The notes beneath the pieces were generated by a model. It saw nothing but the letters and a program-made list of their open reading frames with translations, ran no database searches and was not told where the DNA came from. The position numbers and the translations under genes were made by a program. Of a DNA stretch of 64,000 bases, positions 45,940 through 54,245 are shown in pieces. The stretch comes from an uncultured Actinomycetes bacterium (GTDB lineage: Bacteria > Actinomycetota > Acidimicrobiia > IMCC26256 > PALSA-610). The stretch is taken from contig OY970315.1 of the NCBI GenBank assembly GCA_963716525.1, forward strand, positions 4,395,034-4,459,033. Reading direction: 5' to 3'. Position 1 is the stretch's first letter. The number at the start of each line of letters is the position of its first letter.

Positions 45940-46719
45940 TCACTCGATGCGGAGGAACGGGTAGGCGCGCAGGTCGTCGCGCGTCCACAGCGACGCGGCG
46001 GCGATCCCCCCGAGGATCTCGATGTCGATCACGGCGTCGGGGTCGTCGAAGTCGATCGTTCCTGGTGTACCCCTCGCCGCCAGCTCGCTCAACACCACCT
46101 CGCCGAGGAATGCCTCCTCCTCGACGGGGTCGATGTCGTCAACGCGCCCCCGGCGGTGGCAGCGGACATGGAAGCGGGTGTCGGCCAGCTCGTCGAGCCA
46201 GTCACCGACGAGGTCGCGGGTGACGCGCTCGAGCTGGTCGAGGCTGGAACACGCGAACGTGCGCTGCGCGGGCAGGACCCGGGCGATCGCGGCGCGGGCC
46301 CGCGGATCGTCTTTCATGGCCGCGTCGATCTGGTCGAGGGCCCGGACCGCATCGTCGACGTGGGCGAGGAGCACGTCGTCGGGGTACGGCGACGCCCGCA
46401 ACGTGCCCACGCCGCTCACCAGCGCCCGCGCCGCCGGCTCGCGTCCCGGTCGCACCGTGACGAGCAGGTTCCAGTGCCCAGGCTCGTCGACGTGCACCAA
46501 CTCCGGTAGCGCAGTGCCGGCCACCTCACTGTCGAAGCGTTCGTCGGCGAGGCCGTCGGGCTCCTCGCGGCGTAGGCGCGCGTCGATCGGCTCGTGCCGG
46601 CGCTGCTCGGCAACGGTCGTCCCGAACTCCTCGGCGAAGTAGTGACCGGCGTCCATCTCGACGTCCTCGACGTCGGGCTCGGGCGGTGGTTCGAAATGCG
46701 GGTGCGTGTGCGCGGTCAT
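45940..46719 (-). CDS. THUMP-domain-like protein with an acidic N-terminal region
   Basis: From ATG 46719 within track ORF 45940..46908. The C-terminal half (..RFHVRCHRRGRVDDIDPVEEEAFLGEVV.. ..IDFDDPDAVIDIEIL..) resembles a THUMP fold. The N-terminal region (..EQRRHEPIDARLRREEPD..) resembles small acidic actinobacterial proteins. The call is tentative. Confidence 0.5.
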   Translation of the reverse strand: MTAHTHPHFEPPPEPDVEDVEMDAGHYFAEEFGTTVAEQRRHEPIDARLRREEPDGLADERFDSEVAGTALPELVHVDEPGHWNLLVTVRPGREPAARALVSGVGTLRASPYPDDVLLAHVDDAVRALDQIDAAMKDDPRARAAIARVLPAQRTFACSSLDQLERVTRDLVGDWLDELADTRFHVRCHRRGRVDDIDPVEEEAFLGEVVLSELAARGTPGTIDFDDPDAVIDIEILGGIAAASLWTRDDLRAYPFLRIE

Positions 46720-46990
46720 AGCCGCAGCGTGCCCCCTACGGCTCTTGCGCCATAGGTGCGAAGGTCCCGAATGGGCGGGCCGCGCAGCCCTGCCGATCGG
46801 CGGGCGCATCGGCGATCGTCCCGCCGGCGTTGCGGGGCGCCTTCCTGCGCCACCGGGCGGCACCGCGAGGTCGCGGCAGGCCCGTTGGTCCCCAGCGGGC
46901 GGGCCCAACGCCTCTCACACGGGCACAGCCCGTTCGCCACGATGAGCCGATGACGACGACGGCGCGGCCGACGCCCGGGAGCGACGAGGC

Positions 46991-48110
46991 GTGAGCTTCC
47001 TCGGCCTCCTCGTGCACAACGTCTGGCGCCGGCGTCTGCGGGCGGCCGTCACCGCAGTGGCGGTCGCAATCGGCGTGACGGCGGTGCTCGCGCTGGGTGT
47101 GCTCACCTCGTCGCTGCGTGACACTGCTGTCGCGGTGCTCCAGATCGGCCAGGCCGACTTCAGCGTGTCGGAGAAGGGCGTGTCCGACGTGCTCTACAGC
47201 AGCATCTCGCTGGCCGAGTTGCAGCGCATCCGGTCGACGCCGGGCGTGGCCGGCGCGATCGGCGCGTTCGTCCACACCGCGAAGATCGACACCGACCACC
47301 CCTTCTTCCTCGAGATCGGGCTCGCGCCCGCCGACGAGGCCGCGTACGGCGTCAAGGTGGTCTCGGGCCGCTCGTTCACGCGCACGGCGCCCGACGAGAT
47401 CATGCTCGGCTGGCGGGCCGCGCAGACCTTCGGAGTACGCGTGGGCGACCGGTTCAAGGTGGAGGAGAAGACGTTCCGCGTGGTCGGCATCTTCTCCACG
47501 AACAACCCGATCGGCGACGCCGGTGGCATGTTCTCCGACACGACGCTGCAGGACTGGCACAACCTGCCCGGCGTGTACACGCTCGCGTTCGTGCGGTTGC
47601 AGCCCGGCGCGCACGTCTCGACCGTGCGCACCGCGATCGAGAAGGCGAACCCGAGGCTCGCGACGATCGCGTCCGAGAGCGAGTTCGGCGCGCGTCGACC
47701 GCAACCTCGTGCTGATCACCGCGGCGAACGTCGGCGGGTCGATCCTCGCCCTGTTCATCGGGGCCACGGGCGTGATGAACACGTCACTGCTGTCGTTCTA
47801 CGAGCGCATCCGCGAGTTCGGGCTGCTGCGCGCCACCGGCTGGAACCGGCGCCGCCTCTTCGGTCTCGTGCTCGGGGAGGCGCTGCTCGTCAGCCTCATC
47901 GGTGCCGGTATCGGCATCGGAATCGGCATCGGCGCCGTCATCGGTCTCACCCAGCTGTCGTCGCTCGCCGGCGTGTTTCATCCCGTGTACCACGCATCGA
48001 TCTTCGGCCGCGCGCTCGGCTTCGCCTTCCTCATGGCGGTGCTCGGTGCGCTCTACCCGGCCGTGCAGGCCGCCCGGCTCACGCCGCTCTCGGCGCTGCA
48101 GCACGAGTAG
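46991..48110 (+). pseudogene. FtsX/MacB-type ABC transporter permease with one frame break
   Basis: The start is GTG 46991. The N-terminal TM helix plus periplasmic domain lie in ORF 46991..48853. The C-terminal FtsX four-helix part (..VDRNLVLITAANVGGSILALFIG.. ..LYPAVQAARLTPLSALQHE) lies in ORF 47097..48110. The switch falls at about 47685-47700 in a (GC)n run. Confidence 0.8.
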
Positions 48111-48115
48111 GTGCG

Positions 48116-48853
48116 ATGGACCCCGTGCTCGAGCTCGATGGTGTGACGAAGTCGTTCCCCGGTGAACGGCGGACGGTGCTCGACGGCGTGTCGTTCCAGC
48201 TCGCCGCGGGCGAGTTCGCGGTGCTCGAAGGACCGTCGGGCGGCGGCAAGTCGACCACGATCCATCTCGTCGCCGCGCTCGACCGGCCCAGCTCGGGACG
48301 CATCGTCGTGCGCGGCCTCGACATCGCGCGCCACCATCACCGCCTCGATCGCTACCGGCGCGAGGACGTCGGCGTGATCTTCCAGCTGCACAACCTGCTG
48401 CCGCATCTCAACGTGCTCCAGAACATCGAGATCGTGATGCTCGGCACCAAGCGCCACCGCCATCAACGCATCGAGTACGCGCGCCATCTCGCGGCGGCGG
48501 TCGCGCTGGAGCAGCAGCTCGGCGACTACCCGCCCGCACTGTCGGGCGGTGAGCGCCAGCGCGTCGCGGTCGCCCGGGCGTTCGCGAACGATCCCAAGAT
48601 CATCCTCGCCGACGAGCCCACCGGAAGCCTCGACGACGAGACCGCCGCGATGGTGATCGGCCTGCTCCGCAACCGGTGCGAACGCGGCGGCACCGTGCTC
48701 GCCGTGAGCCACGACCCGCGCCTCACGGGCGCGGCCGATCGTGTCCTGCGCCTCGTCGACGGTCGCATCCGTCCCGAAGCAGGCGTATCGGGGGATGACA
48801 TCGGAGCTCCGGAGCGTCCCGCGGCACCGGCCCGAGGCTCGCTCAACCCCTGA
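48116..48853 (+). CDS. ABC transporter ATP-binding protein (MacB/LolD-like)
   Basis: The start is ATG 48116. GPSGGGKST, LSGGERQRVAVARA and ILADEPTGSLD are present. Confidence 0.9.
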   Translation: MDPVLELDGVTKSFPGERRTVLDGVSFQLAAGEFAVLEGPSGGGKSTTIHLVAALDRPSSGRIVVRGLDIARHHHRLDRYRREDVGVIFQLHNLLPHLNVLQNIEIVMLGTKRHRHQRIEYARHLAAAVALEQQLGDYPPALSGGERQRVAVARAFANDPKIILADEPTGSLDDETAAMVIGLLRNRCERGGTVLAVSHDPRLTGAADRVLRLVDGRIRPEAGVSGDDIGAPERPAAPARGSLNP

Positions 48854-50109
48854 GGAAGCCGCCTCGGGTCGGCGGCGACGTCGGGGGTGGCGGTGGTGGG
48901 ATCCGTTCGTGGCGGTCACCCGCTCCGGGGGCGCCGCGCCATGCGCCACGGTGCGCGGCCCGGGCGACGTCGCTCGGCGACACGATGCCCACGAGCCGTT
49001 CGCCCTCGAACACGAGTGCCCGTTCCTGGTCGGCGGCGTGCATCCGCTCGAGCAGGACGAGCATCGCCTCGTCGGGCCGTGCGCGCACCACGTCGCCGAT
49101 CGACCGAGCCACCGCGATCGCCGGTGTGCCCCGGTCGCGTGCCGGGGCCGCAGCCTTCAGCTGGCGCAGTGTCACGAACGCGACCACGCTGCCGTGCGCG
49201 TCGACGAGCGGGAACGACGAGCACGGGTGTCGCATCATGTAGTCGTCGACGAGCTCGCCGATCGTGACGTCCTGCGGCGCCACGATCGGGTCGCGGGTCA
49301 TCACCGCGCCGACGGCGATCCCTTCGAGATCGTGGCGCACGCGTACCGAGCTCTCCTCGGCGTGCGCGGCGCTGACCACGAACCAGCCGAGGAACGCGAG
49401 CCACACGCCGCCGACGAGATCACCCGCCGCGAACTCAAGCAATCCGAGGCCCACGAGCACGTACACGAAGACGCGCCCGGCGTGGGCCGCGCTGATCTGC
49501 GCACTCGTGCGGTCGCCACGGCGCCGCCACAGCACCGCGGCCAGGATGCGGCCGCCGTCGAGCGGCGTGGCGGGCACGAGGTTGAACACCGCGAGCACGC
49601 CGTTGATCGTCGCGAGCCAGAACAGTGCGGCCACCACCACGGCACTGAACCCGGCGATCGCGGCGATCACCGCTACCGCGAAGAAGCCCACCGCGAGCCG
49701 CGACACTCATCGCCGGCCCGGCTGCCGCGATGCGCAGCTCGGTCTGCGGGTCGGGCGCTTCGCATTCGAGCTGCGACACGCCACCGAGCATCCAGAGCGT
49801 GATGTCGCGCACTCCCACGCCGTGACGCTGGGCAACGATTGAGTGCGAGAGCTCGTCCGCGAGCAACGACGCGAGGAGGAGCGCCGCCGCCACCGCCGCG
49901 ACCACCCAGTACACCCACGTCTCGTAGCCGCCGGCCTCCGCCGGGAGCGCGCTCGTGGCCAGCGACCACGTGAGCAGCCAGGCGATCACCGCGATGCTCC
50001 AGTCGATGCGCACACCGATGCCCGCGATCGAGCCGACGCGGATCCCGTGCATCCACCCACCGCCCGCGCGCCCGCTCGGCGTGGCTCGTGCGGATTGTCG
50101 GTCGGTCAT
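48843..50109 (-). pseudogene. site-2-protease-like (peptidase M50) membrane protein with a C-terminal CBS pair; one frame break and DExxH in place of HExxH
   Basis: ATG 50109 is preceded by GGAGGA. The N-terminal part lies in ORF 49435..50184 (..LLADELSHSIVAQRHGVGV..LGGV..AAGPAMS). The remainder lies in ORF 48843..49706 (..FNLVPATPLDGGRIL.., two CBS motifs). The switch falls at about 49703-49712. Confidence 0.75.
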
Positions 50110-50316
50110 GCAGTCCTCCGTGTCGGCGAGAGCGTGCACCGCCCACGCCGCCACCACCAGGGTCGAACGTCCACAGGCTGCCACGGCGCTCTACCCCGTC
50201 CGGCGCGCGGGACCTCCAGCGCGCGCCGCGCGGACTTCCGACCCTCCCCGCGCCCGGTACCGGGCGACATCGTGAGGCGTGGAACCGGGTGAGGGGTCAC
50301 CCGGACGTCGTGGACG

Positions 50317-50715
50317 GAGAGATCCAATGACGACAACGGCAGAATCCAGGATCACCGCACCGCCAGGTCGCTCGGACCGATCGGCGCGCACGTCGTGGCG
50401 GTACCGTTGACGAAGGTGCTGCACCTCAAGTCGGCCGTCACCGCGCTGCCCGACGGGACCGTCATCGGGTACCCGCCGCTCGTCGACGACCCGTCGGTGT
50501 TCGGTCGCTTCCTCCCCGTGCCGGAACCGTCCGGCGCGCACGTGGTGCTGCTCGACGGCACGCAGGTGCTGATGGCGGCGGATGCACCGCGCAGCGCGGC
50601 ACTGTTCAAGTCGCTCGGCTACCAGCCCGTCGTCGTCGACATCGGCGAGTTCGAGAAGCTCGAAGGGTGCGTCACCTGCCTGTCGGTGCGCGTGCTCGGC
50701 GACCACGGATGCTGA
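50317..50715 (+). pseudogene. C-terminal remnant of a DDAH/amidinotransferase-fold (guanidino-modifying) enzyme
   Basis: Track ORF 50395..50715 (..VLHLKSAVTALPDGTVIGYP.. ..DIGEFEKLEGCVTCLSVRV, containing the catalytic Cys). Weak similarity continues upstream in frame (ERSNDDNGRIQ..). Only about 280 bp separate it from the divergent M50 start, so the N-terminal roughly 150 aa cannot be present. Confidence 0.6.
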
Positions 50716-50737
50716 ACACCGGCCGCATGAGCACGGA

Positions 50738-51670
50738 ATGACGCTGGAGTGCGAGCACCTCACGCGGCGCTTCGGCGACCGTATCGCCGTCGACGACGTG
50801 AGCTTCACGATCGCCGCCGGAGAGACGTACGGTCTGCTCGGACCGAACGGCGCAGGCAAGACCACAACGATTCGCATGGTGTGCGGCCTGCTGCGCCGCG
50901 ACTCGGGCGAGGTTCGCGTGGACGGCATCTCGGTCAGCCCGCGCTCGAGCACCGGTCGCGAGCACATCGGCTACGTGCCGCAGGACGTAGCGCTGTACCC
51001 CGACCTCACCGCGCGTGAGAACCTCGACTTCATCGGTCGCCTCTACCGGCTACGCGGCCGCGAGCTCGCGCAACGAGTCGACGAGGTGCTCGAGCTCGTC
51101 GACCTCGCGGACCGGCGCGACGACCGCGTCGAGTCCTTCTCGGGCGGCATGCGCCGGCGGCTCAACATCGGTGCGGGCCTCGTGCACCAGCCCACCGTGC
51201 TCGTGCTCGACGAGCCGACCGTCGGCGTCGACCCACAGAGCCGGCACGCGATCCTCGAGAGCGTCCGCGTGCTCGGCACCCGCGGCATCGCCGTCCTGTA
51301 CACCACGCACTACATGGAGGAGGCGGAGCGCGTGTGCAACCGCGTGGGCATCCTCGATCGCGGCCGGCTGATCGCCGAGGGCACGCACCGTGAGCTCGTC
51401 TCGATGCTCGACGAGCACGACCGCATCCACTTGAGCGCCACCGGCCGGCTGGAGGAGTTCGCCGCGGCGTGCCGCGCGCTCGACGGCATCGACGGCGCCA
51501 CGGTCACCGACGGGCAGGTCGAGCTGCTCGCACGCGACGGCCGGCGTGTCCTGCCCGCCGTACTCGACGCGGCCGAGCGCCACGGTGCCGCAGTGAAGAG
51601 CGTGGAGGTGGTCGAACCCGACCTGGAGGCCGTGTTCCTGCATCTCACCGGCACGGCACTGCGCGAGTAA
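50738..51670 (+). CDS. ABC-2 type exporter ATP-binding protein (DrrA-like)
   Basis: The start is ATG 50738. GLLGPNGAGKTT, FSGGMRRRLNIG and LVLDEPTVGVD are present. Confidence 0.9.
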   Translation: MTLECEHLTRRFGDRIAVDDVSFTIAAGETYGLLGPNGAGKTTTIRMVCGLLRRDSGEVRVDGISVSPRSSTGREHIGYVPQDVALYPDLTARENLDFIGRLYRLRGRELAQRVDEVLELVDLADRRDDRVESFSGGMRRRLNIGAGLVHQPTVLVLDEPTVGVDPQSRHAILESVRVLGTRGIAVLYTTHYMEEAERVCNRVGILDRGRLIAEGTHRELVSMLDEHDRIHLSATGRLEEFAAACRALDGIDGATVTDGQVELLARDGRRVLPAVLDAAERHGAAVKSVEVVEPDLEAVFLHLTGTALRE

Positions 51671-51684
51671 CGGAGTACGCACCG

Positions 51685-52854
51685 ATGCCCGCGTCGCTCG
51701 TCATCGCCGCCAAGGACATCCGGCAGCGCTTCCGCGATCGCTCGGCGATCGTCCTCGGCTTCGTCGCGCCCGTGTTGATCGCGCTCCTGATGAGCCTCGC
51801 ATTCCGCGGCACCGCGCACTTCCACGTGACGATCGTGCTCGTCGACCGCGACCACGGCCCGATCGCCGCGCAGCTCGACGCGGCGTTGCGCTCTCGCGAC
51901 CTCCACGACCTCGTCACCGTCCACACTGCGCGCGACGTCGCGACCGCATCGGCCCGCGTGCACGCCGGCGACGACGACGTCGGACTCGTCGTGCCCGCGG
52001 GCTTCTCCGCCGCCGTGACCTCGAACCGCGCCGCCGAGGTCCAGGTGCTGACGAGCGTCGACAGGCAACTCGCCGCGCAGGTGGCACAGTCGATCACGCA
52101 CTCGTTCACCGCCCAGGTCGACGCCGACCGCCTGTCGGTCGCCACGGCCGTGGCCGCCGGCGCGCCCGCCTCGCACGTGCAACAGCTCGTGCAGGATGCC
52201 GCGCAGTTGCACAACCCGCTCGCCGCCACCGTGCGTCCGATCGGGTCCAAACCGCTCGCGCCGATTAGCTACTACGCCCCCGCGATGGCGATCTTCTTCG
52301 TGCTCTTCGCGGTCGGATTCGCGTCGCGCAGCTTCTTCACCGAGCGCACCACGGGGATGATCGACCGTGTCACGGCAGCCCCGGTTGGGCTCGGTTCGGT
52401 GCTCCTCGGCAAATCCCTGTCGGTGCTCGCGTATGGCGTCGCGAGCCTCGCCACGATGTTCGTGATCACCACGTTGTTCTTCGGTGCCGATTGGGGCCCG
52501 CCGCTCCCGGCGGCCGGTCTGTGCATCGCGATGACGCTCTCGGTCGTCGCGCTCACCGCGTTCGTGATCAGCATCGCCCGCACGCAACGCCAGGCCGAGG
52601 GGTTGGCGTCGATCATCGTGTTCGGGCTCGCGATCCTCGGCGGCAACTTCGTGACCATCGCGACCGCACCCGCGGTGATGCGACGCCTGGCTTTGCTCAC
52701 GCCGAACGGCTGGGCGCTGCGCGGCCTCACCGATCTCGGCACGGGCGCGCGCGGCGCCGTCTACTTCTGGGAACCGTTCCTCGCGATCCTCGCCTTCACC
52801 GCCGTGGTCGGCGTCGCCGCCGCACTGCTCGAACACCGGATCGTCGAACGCTGA
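51685..52854 (+). CDS. ABC-2 type transporter permease
   Basis: The start is ATG 51685 (MPASLVIAAKDIRQRFRDRSAIVLGFVAPV..). It has one N-terminal TM helix, a large extracytoplasmic loop and five C-terminal TM helices. Confidence 0.85.
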   Translation: MPASLVIAAKDIRQRFRDRSAIVLGFVAPVLIALLMSLAFRGTAHFHVTIVLVDRDHGPIAAQLDAALRSRDLHDLVTVHTARDVATASARVHAGDDDVGLVVPAGFSAAVTSNRAAEVQVLTSVDRQLAAQVAQSITHSFTAQVDADRLSVATAVAAGAPASHVQQLVQDAAQLHNPLAATVRPIGSKPLAPISYYAPAMAIFFVLFAVGFASRSFFTERTTGMIDRVTAAPVGLGSVLLGKSLSVLAYGVASLATMFVITTLFFGADWGPPLPAAGLCIAMTLSVVALTAFVISIARTQRQAEGLASIIVFGLAILGGNFVTIATAPAVMRRLALLTPNGWALRGLTDLGTGARGAVYFWEPFLAILAFTAVVGVAAALLEHRIVER

Positions 52855-52860
52855 TGGGCT

Positions 52861-53043
52861 CCTCCACCCCCGCTCGCCTCCTTCGTCGGCTTCGCGCCCC
52901 GAGGGGCGCCTCCACCCCCGCTCGCCTCCTTCGTCGGCTTCGCGCCCCGAGGGGCGCCTCCACCCCCGCTCGCCTGCTTCGTCGGCTTCGCGCCCCGAGG
53001 GGCGCCTCCACCCCCGCTCGCCTCCTTCGTCGCGTTCGCGCCG
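52861..53043. repeat. 48-bp tandem repeat, about 3.8 copies (units start at 52861, 52909, 52957, 53005)
   Basis: Direct reading gives CCTCCACCCCCGCTCGCCT(C/G)CTTCGTCGGCTTCGCGCCCCGAGGGGCG. Each unit contains the perfect palindrome GCGCCCC-GA-GGGGCGC. The last unit is degenerate. Confidence 0.95.
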
Positions 53044-53045
53044 CG

Positions 53046-54209
53046 ATGGGTGTCGTGCTCGCCATCGCCCGGGCCGCCGCGCTCCGCATCCTGCGCGACC
53101 GCATCGCGGTGTTCTTCCTCGTGGTTCTGCCGATCGTCGTGATCGTCGTCGTGGGCGCGGTGGTCGGCGGCTTCAACCAGTTCCGGGTCGGCGTCGTCAC
53201 GCTCGACCGTGGCGCGATCGCGAGCCGCATCACCGATGCGCTCGACGGCAGCAGCGCGCTCCGCGTGCACCACTACTCGTCGGTCGCCGACGGCACGACC
53301 GCGCTCCGGAGGTCGGAGATCCTTGCTCTCGTCGAGGTCCCGGCGGGCACCGACGCGGCGATCGCGGCGGGCCGGACCGTTGCCATCCCGGTACACGCGG
53401 CCCAGGTGAGCTCGCAACAGCAGGGAGCGATCGAAGCGGTGTCGTCGATCGTCGTCGCCGAGGGCGGGCGCGTCCAGGCGGCGCAGTTCGCGGCCAAGCG
53501 CGGCGGCGGCACCACCGCCACGAACCTCGCGCTCAGCGATCGCGTCGCGCGTACGCAGCCCGCGATCCGCACCGTGACGCGCCCGGTCGACATCGAGTCG
53601 CGCTTCCTGCCGTCGGGCTTCAACTACAGCGCACCCACGATGCTCGTGCTGTTCGTGTTCATCAACGCGCTCGGCGCCGGCGCGGCGATGACTGAGACCC
53701 GCCAGCTCGGCATGTACGCGCGCATGTCGGCCGCGCCGGTCGCACCGCACCAGATCGTGCTCGCGGAGGCGGTCGTGTACTTCACGATCGCCCTCTTCCA
53801 GTCGCTGCTCATCATCGGAGTCGGCAGTCTCGGCTTCGGCGTGCGATGGGGCAACCCGCTCGCGGCCGCGTGCCTCGTCGTCGCGTGGTGCCTCGTCGGC
53901 ACCGGTGCCGGAATGCTGGCTGGCACGATGTTCAAGACACCCGAGCAGGCGTCGTCGATGGCGCCCGCCTTCGGGATCGTGCTCGGGATGCTCGGCGGCT
54001 GCATGTGGCCGCTCGAGATCGTGGGCCCCGTGATGCGCACCGTAGGCCACTTCACGCCGCATGCCTGGGCCGTCGACGCCTGGACCGGCGTGATCTCACG
54101 CGGCGACCACCTGCTGCACATCCTCCGCCCGCTCGCGATCCTGCTCGGTGCCGCGGCCCTCTTGATCGGCATCGCCTCCGCCCGACTGCGCCGCGTGCTC
54201 ACTGCCTGA
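53046..54209 (+). CDS. ABC-2 type transporter permease (second subunit)
   Basis: ATG 53046 (MGVVLAIARAAALRILRDRIAVFFLVVLPI..) aligns with the N-terminus of the preceding paralogue. An alternative in-frame ATG at 52854 would add a 64-aa (STPARLLRRLRAPRGA)x4 extension encoded by the tandem repeat. Confidence 0.85.
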   Translation: MGVVLAIARAAALRILRDRIAVFFLVVLPIVVIVVVGAVVGGFNQFRVGVVTLDRGAIASRITDALDGSSALRVHHYSSVADGTTALRRSEILALVEVPAGTDAAIAAGRTVAIPVHAAQVSSQQQGAIEAVSSIVVAEGGRVQAAQFAAKRGGGTTATNLALSDRVARTQPAIRTVTRPVDIESRFLPSGFNYSAPTMLVLFVFINALGAGAAMTETRQLGMYARMSAAPVAPHQIVLAEAVVYFTIALFQSLLIIGVGSLGFGVRWGNPLAAACLVVAWCLVGTGAGMLAGTMFKTPEQASSMAPAFGIVLGMLGGCMWPLEIVGPVMRTVGHFTPHAWAVDAWTGVISRGDHLLHILRPLAILLGAAALLIGIASARLRRVLTA

Positions 54210-54245
54210 TGCGCTCAGCGCGCCTCGGCGTGGCACAATGACGTC

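Noticed and set aside
46950-46994. 14-codon uORF (MTTTARPTPGSDEA) whose TGA overlaps the GTG start of the FtsX permease.
   Set aside because: It has no SD and no conservation evidence. Such short ORFs are frequent by chance in GC-rich leaders.
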